37,551 nt of DNA from Nitrososphaerota archaeon (lineage in GTDB: Archaea; Thermoproteota; EX4484-205; JAAOZP01), in NCBI GenBank assembly GCA_011605725.1, contig JAAOZP010000013.1, positions 1-37,551 on the forward strand, read 5' to 3'. Under the pieces are notes generated by a model, which made no database searches, had not been told where the DNA came from, and saw only the letters and a program-made list of their open reading frames with translations. The translations under genes were made by a program, and so were the position numbers. Of this stretch, positions 17,873 through 27,411 are shown one piece after another. How positions within the stretch are numbered: the first letter of the stretch is position 1; each line of letters begins with the position of its first letter.

Positions 17873-17981
17873 GCCTTATAAAACGCCCAGCCTTCTTCAA
17901 GCCTCCCACATCCTGGGTATAGGGGATGCTTCCGCCAACTATTGTTCTCCGCAAGCTAGGCATTGGTTTGCCAACGGCGCT
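17873..17981 (+). repeat. Dispersed intergenic repeat, copy B
   Basis: Homologous to 16196-16318. Confidence 0.7.
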
Positions 17982-18010
17982 TCAGTATCCTCAGATCTAC
18001 AGTACACGTC

Positions 18011-18036
18011 TTTTTTTTTTTAAAAAAATAAAGGGG
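18011..18036. terminator. Bidirectional T-tract terminator
   Basis: T11 followed by A7TA3, between the convergent genes ending at 17767 and 18056. Confidence 0.55.
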
Positions 18037-18055
18037 ATTCGAGGATTATTTTCGC

Positions 18056-19654
18056 CTACGGGTATACTATGGGATAGCAGGGTCCTGTGCAAACGAACGG
18101 TAGCCTGTTATTGTTAAGTCCGTCCAACAGGTTCTTCCAATACTCCTGCTCAGCCCTACTAGCTCCGCTTAATGCGGAGTTAGCCTTTGCCATGATCTCA
18201 TCGATGCTTATGAAGCCGCTGGGCACGTAGGTTGAAGAACCAACATAGACGATTGTTGAGCCGCTGAGGAAGCTGTGTAGAACGTTGAGTTTTGTTGCGA
18301 GCAGCTGCGCGGAAAGCATCCAACGCATGTCTTTTCCAGTTGCATTTAACAAGTAGTTTTTGATTTGAGTTTTCTCCGTTGCAAGATCACCGCTGAATGG
18401 TGGATATGTCCATCCGGTTGGATTGTAAAGGTTAAGCGCATTCAGCTCCGTCACATCGCTGGAAGTTATCAGTGACTGTCCGTTCTTGTTGCTCCAGAAG
18501 CCTAACGTTCTGCCTCCAGTGCCCTGCATCAAGCAGACGTTTCCAAAGTCCTTATCTGTGTAAGTCTGTCCTAACTCGACTATGATTACATAGTAGCCGC
18601 TTTCAGGGGCTGTCCGAACCCACATTCCAGACGGCATTACCTCAACAACCCTATAGGTTCCAGCTTCAGTCACTGTAAAAGTGTAACTACCATCACTCCC
18701 AGTGTAAGCCGTAGCAACGGGAACCCAACCCATCGCATCATTATACCTGTACAGCTCGATCTTCCATCCCGCTATGCCCGCCTCGCCAGAGTCCCATTCG
18801 CCGTTTAAGTTTGCATCGTAATATTTAACCCCGCTAATAGTTGCCGACGGTGGAGTAATGCATTTCACCGTAACAGTGGCAGAAGCAGATTGTCCAGTTT
18901 CCAGAATAGTCGCAGTATTCTCGTTTGTTCCTTCATCTTCACATGTAAAGGTCTTATCATAAGTAACGGAGCCGCTGCTGCTGAAAGTCCATGGGCCACC
19001 ATTAGTATCATCAACGTGAATCACGTCGTTAATCAATGTCGGACTGTTCGGCAAATTAGTAGTAGCGCTTGGACTTGGACCATAAGGCTCGCCTAAGTGT
19101 CCTGAGTGGTTTGTGATTGTTACATTAGCAGTAATCTTGTATGTGCCAGTGCCTATAGGTGGCGGAATCGCTATCTCATACTGATATTCTCCGGTCTCTC
19201 CAGGGTCAAGAACGGGTTTAGAGCTAACATCAACAGATGCGGTTGCGATCAAATCGTTTGGCGGTGGAACGCCGTCTTTAAGCTCAATTATAATTTTCAA
19301 GTTTTCAGTAGCAACATTTCCGCCATTCTTGACAGATACCGTGCCCTTTATGAAGTATGCATCCGTGTAACCATCCTTTGTCACAGTAATCGTGTATGTC
19401 GATGTTCCATACCCACCTGGGTAAAACTCCCAATAGTCAGGTTTAACAGATTTCTCAATTGTCCAGCTGAAAGTGCGTGTCCAGTAGGCTGTCGCGGTCA
19501 CATTCGCCTTGAGTGTTGTTCCCGCCTGCCCCTGTCCATCCTCTGCAGTGCCTCCTACAGTGAAGTGCACTAGCATCTTAGGCGTGGCTATTGTTGAAAC
19601 CATGAATGCTGTTAACAGTATTCCTAATAGAATGGATTCTGATTGTTTTCTCAT
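18056..19654 (-). CDS. Secreted/surface protein with Ig-like modules and an SdrD-B/Cna-B-like domain
   Basis: N-terminal signal peptide, Thr-rich beta modules, ISGVKYYDANLNGEWDSGEAGIAGWKIEL..TGSDGSYTF..GTYRVVE..DFGN and a GRTLGFWSNK C-terminal domain. Confidence 0.8.
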   Translation of the reverse strand: MRKQSESILLGILLTAFMVSTIATPKMLVHFTVGGTAEDGQGQAGTTLKANVTATAYWTRTFSWTIEKSVKPDYWEFYPGGYGTSTYTITVTKDGYTDAYFIKGTVSVKNGGNVATENLKIIIELKDGVPPPNDLIATASVDVSSKPVLDPGETGEYQYEIAIPPPIGTGTYKITANVTITNHSGHLGEPYGPSPSATTNLPNSPTLINDVIHVDDTNGGPWTFSSSGSVTYDKTFTCEDEGTNENTATILETGQSASATVTVKCITPPSATISGVKYYDANLNGEWDSGEAGIAGWKIELYRYNDAMGWVPVATAYTGSDGSYTFTVTEAGTYRVVEVMPSGMWVRTAPESGYYVIIVELGQTYTDKDFGNVCLMQGTGGRTLGFWSNKNGQSLITSSDVTELNALNLYNPTGWTYPPFSGDLATEKTQIKNYLLNATGKDMRWMLSAQLLATKLNVLHSFLSGSTIVYVGSSTYVPSGFISIDEIMAKANSALSGASRAEQEYWKNLLDGLNNNRLPFVCTGPCYPIVYP

Positions 19655-19745
19655 TTTTTGTCACTGTAAGGAGGGTCTTTTCAAGCGCCTTATAAGGCTT
19701 TCTTTTAAGCTTTAGTATGTTCAGGGTTTTACAGACATGGAAACA

Positions 19746-19816
19746 GTTTATTTTCGTTTAAAAGCCTTAAAAAAGGTTTATTTTCGTTCGGAAGTTTGAA
19801 AAAGTTTTAATTCGTT
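19746..19816. promoter_or_regulatory. Three direct repeats GTTTWWTTCGTT-like, spaced 28-30 bp; probable operator array
   Basis: GTTTATTTTCGTT at 19746 and 19776, and GTTTTAATTCGTT at 19804, upstream of the TATA (about 19690) of the 19654 gene. Confidence 0.55.
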
Positions 19817-20044
19817 TATGGGCTGTGGGAACAGAGTGGGCTGGTCGTGCTGTTTAGCACGCCGTTGGCCACGCGCCTAAGCCGCGTCTTTAAAACATTG
19901 TTAAATACGCTTATGCTTTGTTATACGCTGGTTTTTAAATTCCTACACCGCACGTCTTCACGGTTTCGATCAGCGTGCACACATGCCTGCCTCACGTTTT
20001 GAAACATGTTATTATGGAGAAAAAAAGACGGGGTTGTTTCCCTG

Positions 20045-21235
20045 CTACTTGCTTCTGCCTTTAGCCTTCCCCTTGCCGCTGCTTTCTCCCTGCCCTTTTC
20101 CTTCTCTCTCCATCTCCTGTTCCTGAGTCCGGGCTTGTGTTGAAACCTGTTTCCCATTGCCCTTCGTATTCATGCTTGACATTGTTGTCTCCATTTTCTT
20201 TATAAGTTCCTCGGCTTGGGCTATAAGCTGGTTCGCAGTCTCCTCATCTATATGCTTGCCCTTCTGGGCTTCAACATGGTGGATTAACGCTTTCAGGTTG
20301 TTCACGGCTGCGTTAAGCATGTTCGCCGCAGTATTGTTCTTATCCTCTTCAACCCATTTCATGAACTGCTCTATCTTCTTCTCAACCATGCTTATCTTCT
20401 GAGTCAGGCTAACGTTTATCCCCTCGACATCCGCCTTGATCGTTGCGTTCAGAGCCTCAAGCTCGCGGAAGATTGCTTCAGCCCTAGCCTCCATGCTGGC
20501 GTTCACCCGGAATTCTGTCCAGGCTAGCAGAGTGCCCTCCTCACCCCTTGTTGCGTTAAAGGCTTTCGCAACATATGTTCCATCAGGGGCGTCGAAGGGT
20601 ATTGTCCAGTTTACTTCCTCTAATCCGCCGGGTATTGAGCCATCCTCTGATGAAGTGAAGCTGAGCTCAGCCAAGACGTCTTCCCCGAAGAATATTTTGA
20701 TGACGTAGCTTGTTCCACCCGGCGTGTAGCCCTTTCCTGAGAAAACCACGGTCTCCTCAACAATGTACTCCGTCTTATCCGTCTGAAGGGTGGGAACATT
20801 CACTTCGAACGTTACACTGGCTACTTCCTTCTTGAAGGTTTCAGGGTTCCCAGGGTCAGTCGTGTTGTAGACTGTTGCCACGTATGAGCCGCTTGGTATG
20901 CCTGCTGTTACAGGCCATTCGACGCCTTGCGGGATTTTCCCTTCTCCTGTGGCTGTGAAGCTTATGGTTCCATAGGTTTCTCCGTCCCCCGTAATGTTCA
21001 ACTGGTAGGTTCCGCCGGGTGAATAGCCCGATCCCGAGAAAACAACTATGTCCCCGACCCAGTAGCTTTCCTTATCTGTTGAGAGGGTTGGGTCCGTATT
21101 CCCCACGGGTTGCTGGCTCTGCTGAGGGAAGAATAGGCCTCCCGGGTTGGCCTGTGCTAGCGCTAGTATTGTTAACGCGGCCAGGAGGAGGCTTACCGTG
21201 ACGATTCTCATTCTCCTCATTGTTTTTCGCGACAA
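20045..21235 (-). CDS. Secreted protein with two Ig-like repeats, a FIMAH-like helical domain and a charged tail
   Basis: Signal peptide; duplicated PTL.TDK..Y.V...VVFSG.GY.PGG units; NNLKALIHHVEAQKGKHIDEETANQLI. The start may be ATG 21220. Confidence 0.75.
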   Translation of the reverse strand: MSRKTMRRMRIVTVSLLLAALTILALAQANPGGLFFPQQSQQPVGNTDPTLSTDKESYWVGDIVVFSGSGYSPGGTYQLNITGDGETYGTISFTATGEGKIPQGVEWPVTAGIPSGSYVATVYNTTDPGNPETFKKEVASVTFEVNVPTLQTDKTEYIVEETVVFSGKGYTPGGTSYVIKIFFGEDVLAELSFTSSEDGSIPGGLEEVNWTIPFDAPDGTYVAKAFNATRGEEGTLLAWTEFRVNASMEARAEAIFRELEALNATIKADVEGINVSLTQKISMVEKKIEQFMKWVEEDKNNTAANMLNAAVNNLKALIHHVEAQKGKHIDEETANQLIAQAEELIKKMETTMSSMNTKGNGKQVSTQARTQEQEMEREGKGQGESSGKGKAKGRSK

Positions 21236-21566
21236 AGGCTTCCAGCCGGCTTCTAATAAGCGTTTTAACGTTTTTTCCGGGGAAACTCTTTGAAAAGGCT
21301 TTAATTCGGTTTAGAAAGGTTCATAATGGTTCTTTTCTCCGAAACGGGTTTCTGGAATGCTCTGATCCGGAATAATGTTTCTAAACAGTTCTCCCGGGTC
21401 CTGCTTAACAATGGGGGAGGGTGTGCAGCCTTGTTTCCACCATGCTGGCAGGGCTTGTTCCACCGGTTTAAAGAGGTTTTTCAACCAGTCTGGCGTAGGC
21501 TTAACCTTACTCATCCTGTTCCGCGCCGGGGGAAGACTTATCTCTAACAGTGGCTCAGACTGTTTG

Positions 21567-22298
21567 ATGAAGCCTATGAGAAGGATACGCGTAACCGTTT
21601 GGAACGAGTTTCTGCATGAGAAGCAGGACCCCAGGATTGCTGAGATCTATCCAGACGGGATGCATAGTGTTATAGCGGGTTTCCTGCGCAGCCAGGGTTT
21701 TGAAGTCAAGACAGCCACGTTAAGCGAGCCTGAGCATGGTTTAACCCAGGATGTTTTGAGCAATACTGATGTTTTAATCTGGTGGGGCCACATGGCTCAC
21801 GACAGGGTTGACGACGTTGTTGTCGAAAGGGTTTACCGTAGGATTGTAGACGAGGGCATGGGGCTTATCGCGCTTCACTCAGCCCATTTGTCAAAGGTTT
21901 TCAAGCGTCTAATGGGTACTCCGTGCAACGTTAAATGGAGGGAGGCTGGTGAGAGGGAGAGGATATGGGTTGTGGGAGGGGGCCACCCTATTGCCGAGGG
22001 CCTGGGCGACTATTTTGAGATTGAGCATGAGGAGATGTATGGTGAGCCTTTCCAGATTCCTCAGCCGGATGAGCTTGTCTTCATAAGCTGGTTCAAGGGT
22101 GGCGAGGTTTTCAGAAGCGGCTGCTGCTTCTACAGGGGTCTTGGGAAAATATTTTACTTCAGGCCTGGCCACGAGACTTATCCCACGTACTACGATTCTA
22201 ATGTTCTCAGGGTTATCGGGAACGCTGTGAAATGGTGCGCCCCGGTTGACAGGCCTAGGCCTGTCCACGGTAACGTTAGGCCTTTGGAGCCTCTTTAA
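21567..22298 (+). CDS. ThuA (trehalose utilization) domain protein
   Basis: [34 protein letters not shown] and FRPGHETYP motifs. ATG 21567 is preferred over 21375. Confidence 0.92.
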   Translation: MKPMRRIRVTVWNEFLHEKQDPRIAEIYPDGMHSVIAGFLRSQGFEVKTATLSEPEHGLTQDVLSNTDVLIWWGHMAHDRVDDVVVERVYRRIVDEGMGLIALHSAHLSKVFKRLMGTPCNVKWREAGERERIWVVGGGHPIAEGLGDYFEIEHEEMYGEPFQIPQPDELVFISWFKGGEVFRSGCCFYRGLGKIFYFRPGHETYPTYYDSNVLRVIGNAVKWCAPVDRPRPVHGNVRPLEPL

Positions 22299-22321
22299 CG
22301 GCTCCCTGTTTCCTGCGGGAG

Positions 22322-22651
22322 CTAGGGCTGTTCCTCCAAGTATTGCAGGAGGCTCGCCTGCTTTCTGCCGCGTGAACGCTCCGCCGCCAGAGTGTAGAAT
22401 CTTCTCGCCAGCGAGAGCCTCATGCTCGTGTTCTGCTCCCCGTCTAGGCCGAGCTCCGAGACTAGGAAGTCTCGCAGAAGCTGTTGGAAACCAGCTTCCT
22501 CGCTTCTTCTTGCTTCAACGTATTTCAGGAAGGCTTTGAAAAGTTTTTTCGAGCACTCTCTCATTCTTCTGATGTTCTCCTCCGTCTGGAGCCTGAGCTT
22601 ACAGTAGGTTTCAGCAATGCTTCTAACGTCTTCGCAAGGCTTCCCGCTCAC
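22322..22651 (-). CDS. Hypothetical helical protein
   Basis: 109-aa ORF with GGAG before the GTG and an upstream TTTAAA; fills the gap downstream of psmB. Confidence 0.6.
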   Translation of the reverse strand: MSGKPCEDVRSIAETYCKLRLQTEENIRRMRECSKKLFKAFLKYVEARRSEEAGFQQLLRDFLVSELGLDGEQNTSMRLSLARRFYTLAAERSRGRKQASLLQYLEEQP

Positions 22652-22705
22652 TCCTACTCATAATGCTTTAAAACTGTTTTAAGCTCCAACCGTGACGCCT
22701 GTTTT

Positions 22706-23302
22706 TCAACCAGGATAATTCTCCTCAGCCGGCCCAGCCTTATCCAGTATCAGCAGGTCTATCCCGTTTCCACTAGCCGAATCCCTTTGAAGAGCTGTCC
22801 TTATTGCTTTCAAAACCAGTTGTCTCGCCTCCTCCTTGCCCATCCCGTCCCTGTACTCTGCCTCCAGTATTCCCAGCGCCACTTCTGTTCCGCTTCCGGC
22901 TGCAGCATACTTGTCCTCTATGACTGAGCCGAGCGCGTCGAGCGCATATATTCCGTGAGTGTTGAAAGTGAATCCTCCGATGATGGTCTGTGTTATAAGC
23001 GGGTAGAGCCTGTTGGCGAAGAGAATGTTCGACAACAGTTTTGAAAGAGCTTTAGCAGTTATTTCTCTCGAAGTATTGTACTGGAACATTCTGGCATGGT
23101 AGTTAAGCTCTCTAACTATCGTCTGAACATCAGATATTAAGCCTGCCGACGCTAAGCCTATTTTCGGAGTTATCTGGAATATTTTCTTGACTGACTTCCC
23201 TATTATGAATGTACCGTAGGCTGCTCTCCTGTCCGCTCCGAGAATAACCCCGTCCCCGTAGACAAGCCCGACGACAGTAGCGCCAGGCACGTATTCACCC
23301 AT
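22706..23302 (-). CDS. psmB: Proteasome beta subunit, probably non-catalytic
   Basis: GATVVG..GVILGADRR, KKIFQIT, AAGSG and RDSASGNGID. Ala replaces Thr1. Confidence 0.93.
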   Translation of the reverse strand: MGEYVPGATVVGLVYGDGVILGADRRAAYGTFIIGKSVKKIFQITPKIGLASAGLISDVQTIVRELNYHARMFQYNTSREITAKALSKLLSNILFANRLYPLITQTIIGGFTFNTHGIYALDALGSVIEDKYAAAGSGTEVALGILEAEYRDGMGKEEARQLVLKAIRTALQRDSASGNGIDLLILDKAGPAEENYPG

Positions 23303-23392
23303 GTTTACTAACCACCTTCTCCGCTCTCCCACTGGCCTGGGTGAAAATAAGCTTTTATAGAAAAACATCCGGCTTAAGCCTAATGCTGAACC

Positions 23393-24475
23393 ATGGTTGA
23401 GACTCTTGAAATAGACGGCTCAATGGGTGAGGGCGGGGGCCAGGTTTTAAGAACAGCCGTGGCTCTTTCAGCACTCCTCAGAATACCCGTCAGGGTTTTC
23501 AACATTAGGGCTAGACGGTCTAACCCGGGTTTGAGGCCGCAGCATTTCGCCGCTGTGAACGCTGTCGCCCGTTTAACAGGAGCCAGGGTTGAGGGTCTTG
23601 AAATCGGCTCAAGAGAAATATTCTTCACACCCGGTGGGGCTGAGGTTTCTGAGGCTACGCTCGACGTTGGAACCGCTGGAAGCGTGCCGCTGGTTCTCCA
23701 GGCTCTGATGCCCGTCTTAGCGTTTTCAAGCCGTGGGGCAAGCTTAACCCTTAAAGGTGGGACGAACAACCCTAGAGCACCCCCGATAGACTATGTTAAG
23801 GAGGTTCTGGCCAGGGTTCTCGCTGAAATGGGCTACTGCGTGGATATTGTTGTCGAGAAGAGGGGGTTCTACCCTAGGGGCGGAGGCGTCGTAAGGTTCA
23901 GGTCTAAGCCGGTTGAGGTTCTGAAACCGTTTAACCTAACCGGGTTCCCAGGGTTGCGGAGTGTCAGGATCCTGGTTTACAGCGCTAGGCTTCCCCGGCA
24001 TGTGGTTGACAGGATTGCCCGCTCAGCCTCGCTTGAGCTCACTAGGAGGCTTAGGGTTCAGCCGGTTGTGGAGGTGGAGTTCATGACGGGCGAGGAGGAA
24101 AACGCTCCCCTCGACCCTGGCTGCGGCATCATCATCCTGGGAACGCTTGAAAACAATATTGTTTTCGCCTCCAGCAGCCTAGGGGAGAAGGGTAAGCCTT
24201 CTGAAAAAGTCGGCTTCGAGGCGGCTTCAGAGTTCGTAAGACAGGTTGAAACAGGAGCGCCTGTCGACAAGAATCTTGCCGACCAGCTTGTGGTTTACGC
24301 CGCCCTTGCCCAAGGGGTTTCAAGGCTTAAAACCTGCGAGATTACTCTTCACACTTTGACGACAATAAGGCTTGTCGAGCTCTTTCTCCCGGTGAGGTTC
24401 CAGGTTGAGGGGTCTGCCGGTGCTCCCGGGGGCTACGCTGTAGAAGGCGTCGGCTTCAAGCGTGAATCAGCCTAA
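23393..24475 (+). CDS. rtcA: RNA 3'-terminal phosphate cyclase
   Basis: IDGSMGEGGGQVLR, PGLRPQH, RGFYPRGGG, LADQL and TLHTLT. Confidence 0.96.
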   Translation: MVETLEIDGSMGEGGGQVLRTAVALSALLRIPVRVFNIRARRSNPGLRPQHFAAVNAVARLTGARVEGLEIGSREIFFTPGGAEVSEATLDVGTAGSVPLVLQALMPVLAFSSRGASLTLKGGTNNPRAPPIDYVKEVLARVLAEMGYCVDIVVEKRGFYPRGGGVVRFRSKPVEVLKPFNLTGFPGLRSVRILVYSARLPRHVVDRIARSASLELTRRLRVQPVVEVEFMTGEEENAPLDPGCGIIILGTLENNIVFASSSLGEKGKPSEKVGFEAASEFVRQVETGAPVDKNLADQLVVYAALAQGVSRLKTCEITLHTLTTIRLVELFLPVRFQVEGSAGAPGGYAVEGVGFKRESA

Positions 24476-24508
24476 GGTTTATCAACATGCTTGACTCCGG
24501 GTTGAAGC

Positions 24509-25051
24509 ATGAGGAGCGAAGCGTACCCGCTTTACGTTGGGCGTTTCCAGCCTGTGCATAATGGTCACGTGCACGCTATTAAGCATGTTGTTTCAAACCA
24601 TGGCAGGATTATTATCGCTGTAGGCAGCTCTCTGACGAGCCATGATAAGGATAACCCGTTTACTTTCGGAGAAAGGCTTCAAATGCTCTACCTTGCTCTT
24701 GGAGAAGCTGGAATAGGGCTTGAGAAATGCGTCATAACAGGGGTTCCAGATATTCCTAGCGCGCACTTCCTCTGGGTCCGGCTTGTCGAAGCCATGTGCC
24801 CGCCTTTCAAACTTGTTTACACTAACCAGCCTTTCACCGGGAGGCTTTTCAAGGAAGCCGGCTACGAGGTTAGGCCAATACCCTTTCTGGATAGAGAGAG
24901 ATACTCGGGTGTAGAGATAAGGAGGAGGATCATGCTGGGTGTAGACTGGAGCCAGCTTGTCCCAGCCAGCGTCTACGAGTACTTGCTGAGCATAGGCGGG
25001 GATGAGAGAATAAGGTCTCTAGCCTCCTCGGATGAGGCTGTTTATAAATGA
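24509..25051 (+). CDS. nadM: Nicotinamide-nucleotide adenylyltransferase
   Basis: GRFQPVHNGH, NPFTFGER, SGVEIR and LVP motifs. Confidence 0.93.
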   Translation: MRSEAYPLYVGRFQPVHNGHVHAIKHVVSNHGRIIIAVGSSLTSHDKDNPFTFGERLQMLYLALGEAGIGLEKCVITGVPDIPSAHFLWVRLVEAMCPPFKLVYTNQPFTGRLFKEAGYEVRPIPFLDRERYSGVEIRRRIMLGVDWSQLVPASVYEYLLSIGGDERIRSLASSDEAVYK

Positions 25052-25088
25052 GAGTGTTTATAAACATCTTTTCAAAGGGGTTTGAAGC

Positions 25089-25817
25089 ATGGAGCCGGGT
25101 TCACTAGTGCTCGTCGACTACACTCTCTCCGTGAAAGAGACTGGAAGCGTTATAGAGACCACTGTAGAGGAGGAGGCTAGGAAGGCGTCAATATACAGGG
25201 AGGGTGAGAAATACTCTCCCAGGCTGATATACCTTGGTGGAAAATGGGTTTTAGAAAGCTGGGAGGAGGAGCTTCTTAAAAGCGAGGTCGGTGTCGAAAG
25301 GACTGTTGAAATCCCTCCTGAAAAAGCCTATGGCTTCAGGGATCCTGGTAAGGTTAAGACTTATGCAGCCAGAAGGTTCTCCAAGCCTCAGGAGCTCACC
25401 CCAGGCGCCCTGGTTGAGGTTGATAACAGGATCGGTGTTGTACGGACTGTTAGCGGCGGCAGGGTTCAGGTTGATTTCAACCCGCCTCTCGCAGGCAGAA
25501 CCCTGGTCTACAGGTTTAAAATAGTTAGGGTTCTTGAGGATGATGTGGAGAAGATTAAGCATCTTGTGAATAGGCGTCTACCTGATGTTTCAGTCGACGA
25601 GGTTACGGTTGGGCTTGAAGAAGCCAAAGCGGTGATAAGGCTTCCTCAGAAAGTTCTTCTCTCAGAGGGTATTCAACAAGTTAAGAAGGCTGTTTCAGAT
25701 GATGTTTTAACAATTGTTAAAAACGTTAAAACAGTCGAGTTCATAGATGTTTTCACACCGCCTCCAGCGGTTTCAGCCGGGGAGGCTCAGCCTACTCCTC
25801 AACAATCTCAGCCTTAA
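25089..25817 (+). CDS. Long-type FKBP peptidyl-prolyl isomerase (SlyD-like)
   Basis: VDYT..IETT, IPPEKAYG and VDFNPPLAG motifs. Confidence 0.92.
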   Translation: MEPGSLVLVDYTLSVKETGSVIETTVEEEARKASIYREGEKYSPRLIYLGGKWVLESWEEELLKSEVGVERTVEIPPEKAYGFRDPGKVKTYAARRFSKPQELTPGALVEVDNRIGVVRTVSGGRVQVDFNPPLAGRTLVYRFKIVRVLEDDVEKIKHLVNRRLPDVSVDEVTVGLEEAKAVIRLPQKVLLSEGIQQVKKAVSDDVLTIVKNVKTVEFIDVFTPPPAVSAGEAQPTPQQSQP

Positions 25818-26229
25818 CGAGAATAAGCTTCTCCCCGGGACAGTCGTATGCTCCAAGCTTCTCGAGAACCCTGATCCTCCGGTTTGAAACAAGCATGTTG
25901 AAGACAACGGGGCATTCGAGAATCCTGCTGCAACCGTTTCTACAGAAATCGCTTTTAAGAGTCGTGACTGCACCCTCCTTAACCCGGCCCGGTGCAAGAA
26001 GAGTCAGCGGCTCCATGCTGATTTCAAACGGTATAGCGTCTCCTCCTCTCAACTTGCAGTAAACCTTCTCGCCGCCTGTTTTCCCAATAATCCTGTAGGA
26101 GAAGCCTATGGTTAGCGAGCCGTGACACTTGTCCCTAGCATAGCATTCTTCACACTCGTATGATTCACCCATGTACGTGAAGACGAAACCCTTTCTCGCA
26201 GACGGGTCCAAATAGCTATACTTACCCAC
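25792..26229 (-). CDS. UPF0179 family protein
   Basis: ARKGFVFTYMG..ECEEC...C..L..G..Y.I Cys pattern; adjacent to egsA as commonly seen in archaea. Confidence 0.75.
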   Translation of the reverse strand: MGKYSYLDPSARKGFVFTYMGESYECEECYARDKCHGSLTIGFSYRIIGKTGGEKVYCKLRGGDAIPFEISMEPLTLLAPGRVKEGAVTTLKSDFCRNGCSRILECPVVFNMLVSNRRIRVLEKLGAYDCPGEKLILVKAEIVEE

Positions 26230-26242
26230 TGGTATACACCGG

Positions 26243-27313
26243 CTATATTACCATCGTGCTTCTAGCAAGCTCCTCCGCAGCCTTCCTGGTTAAACCCTTG
26301 TCTCCAAGTATAGTGTATCTTTCAGGCCTTATAGTGTGGGCTAGAGTCAAGGCTTTAACAATCTGTTTCTCGGAAACATTTATCTCTCTGGCTGAAACGG
26401 GTGCGCCGACTTTCATCAGCGCGCTCCTGATTCTAAACCAGTCTGCATCGTGAAGCTTACTCATCATTATTGTTCCTATTCCAACCTGCTCCCCGTGGAG
26501 AGCAGGGTATCCTGCAACATAGTCGAGCGCGTGGCTGAAAAGATGCTCAGAGCCGCTGCAAGGCCTGCTGCTTCCAGCTATGCCTATCAGGATGCCGGCG
26601 TGTATCAGCGCTTCCACGAGTATGCTTGCTCCTTCAACCCTGTCTGCCGCAATGGTTTCAGCACACTTAACTATTCTATCCGCTATTGTTTCAGCAAGGC
26701 TTGCAGCATACTCGCCGTAGTATTCTCCGCGAAGCGTATGGGAGAGACGCCAGTCTTTCACTGCAGTATGCTTCGCCACAAGATCTCCAACCCCGGCTCC
26801 GAAATACCTTGGAGGAGCGGTTGCGAGAATCGAAACATCCCCTATTATTACTGAGGGCATTATCGTGTTGAACGAGTATCGTCTTCCCCGTTTAGGCGCT
26901 GAAGCCAGTGGGCTTGCAATCCCGTCGTGAGAAGGCACTGTAGGGACGCTTACGAATTCAAGATTGTTCCTCCAAGCGAGAATCTTGCCGGCGTCAATAA
27001 CTCTTCCACCCCCGAAGCCCACCACCACGCTTTCACCCGGCTTCCTGTCAAGCTTAGCCAGATGCTTCTCAAGCTTCAAAGCCTCTTTGAAAGCATCCTC
27101 CCCGCCTATGGGGCTGAGCCTGAAGAAGAGCCTGTTCTCAACAAGTATTCTCTTAATCTTCTCCCCGAAAAGCTTCATCGGCGTCTTACTGGTTAAAACA
27201 ATGACTCTCTTAGCTCCAAGCTCTTTAATGCTTGAACCAAGCTCCTCAACAGCATCCATCCCGAGTACTATGCGTCTCGGCAGCCTAACCGTGTGCTTAC
27301 TCTTGTATTTCAA
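26243..27313 (-). CDS. egsA: sn-glycerol-1-phosphate dehydrogenase
   Basis: GGGRVID.GK, PT.PSHDGIAS, SSRPCSGSEHLFSHALD, LHGEQVG and RPERYTIL. Confidence 0.96.
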   Translation of the reverse strand: MKYKSKHTVRLPRRIVLGMDAVEELGSSIKELGAKRVIVLTSKTPMKLFGEKIKRILVENRLFFRLSPIGGEDAFKEALKLEKHLAKLDRKPGESVVVGFGGGRVIDAGKILAWRNNLEFVSVPTVPSHDGIASPLASAPKRGRRYSFNTIMPSVIIGDVSILATAPPRYFGAGVGDLVAKHTAVKDWRLSHTLRGEYYGEYAASLAETIADRIVKCAETIAADRVEGASILVEALIHAGILIGIAGSSRPCSGSEHLFSHALDYVAGYPALHGEQVGIGTIMMSKLHDADWFRIRSALMKVGAPVSAREINVSEKQIVKALTLAHTIRPERYTILGDKGLTRKAAEELARSTMVI

Positions 27314-27411
27314 GGTGTCTAGGCGAATGGGGGAAAGATTTATCTTTAAGCCTTTCCCTGCTTTGGACGGTTCAGGTTCTAGAGGTGTTTAGGAGGTTGG
27401 CAAGCATTAAT

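Noticed and set aside
19746-19816. Mini CRISPR array
   Set aside because: Repeats are only 13 bp with about 15-17 bp spacers, and no cas genes are present.
3929-19880. Classical integron (attC array)
   Set aside because: Some sites contain GTTAG/CTAAC, but I see no paired R/L boxes forming long attC hairpins, the modules are not co-oriented and no IntI gene is present.
21375-21566. N-terminal extension of the ThuA protein
   Set aside because: Family homology starts at [14 protein letters not shown]; the extension has no recognisable features and is probably untranslated.
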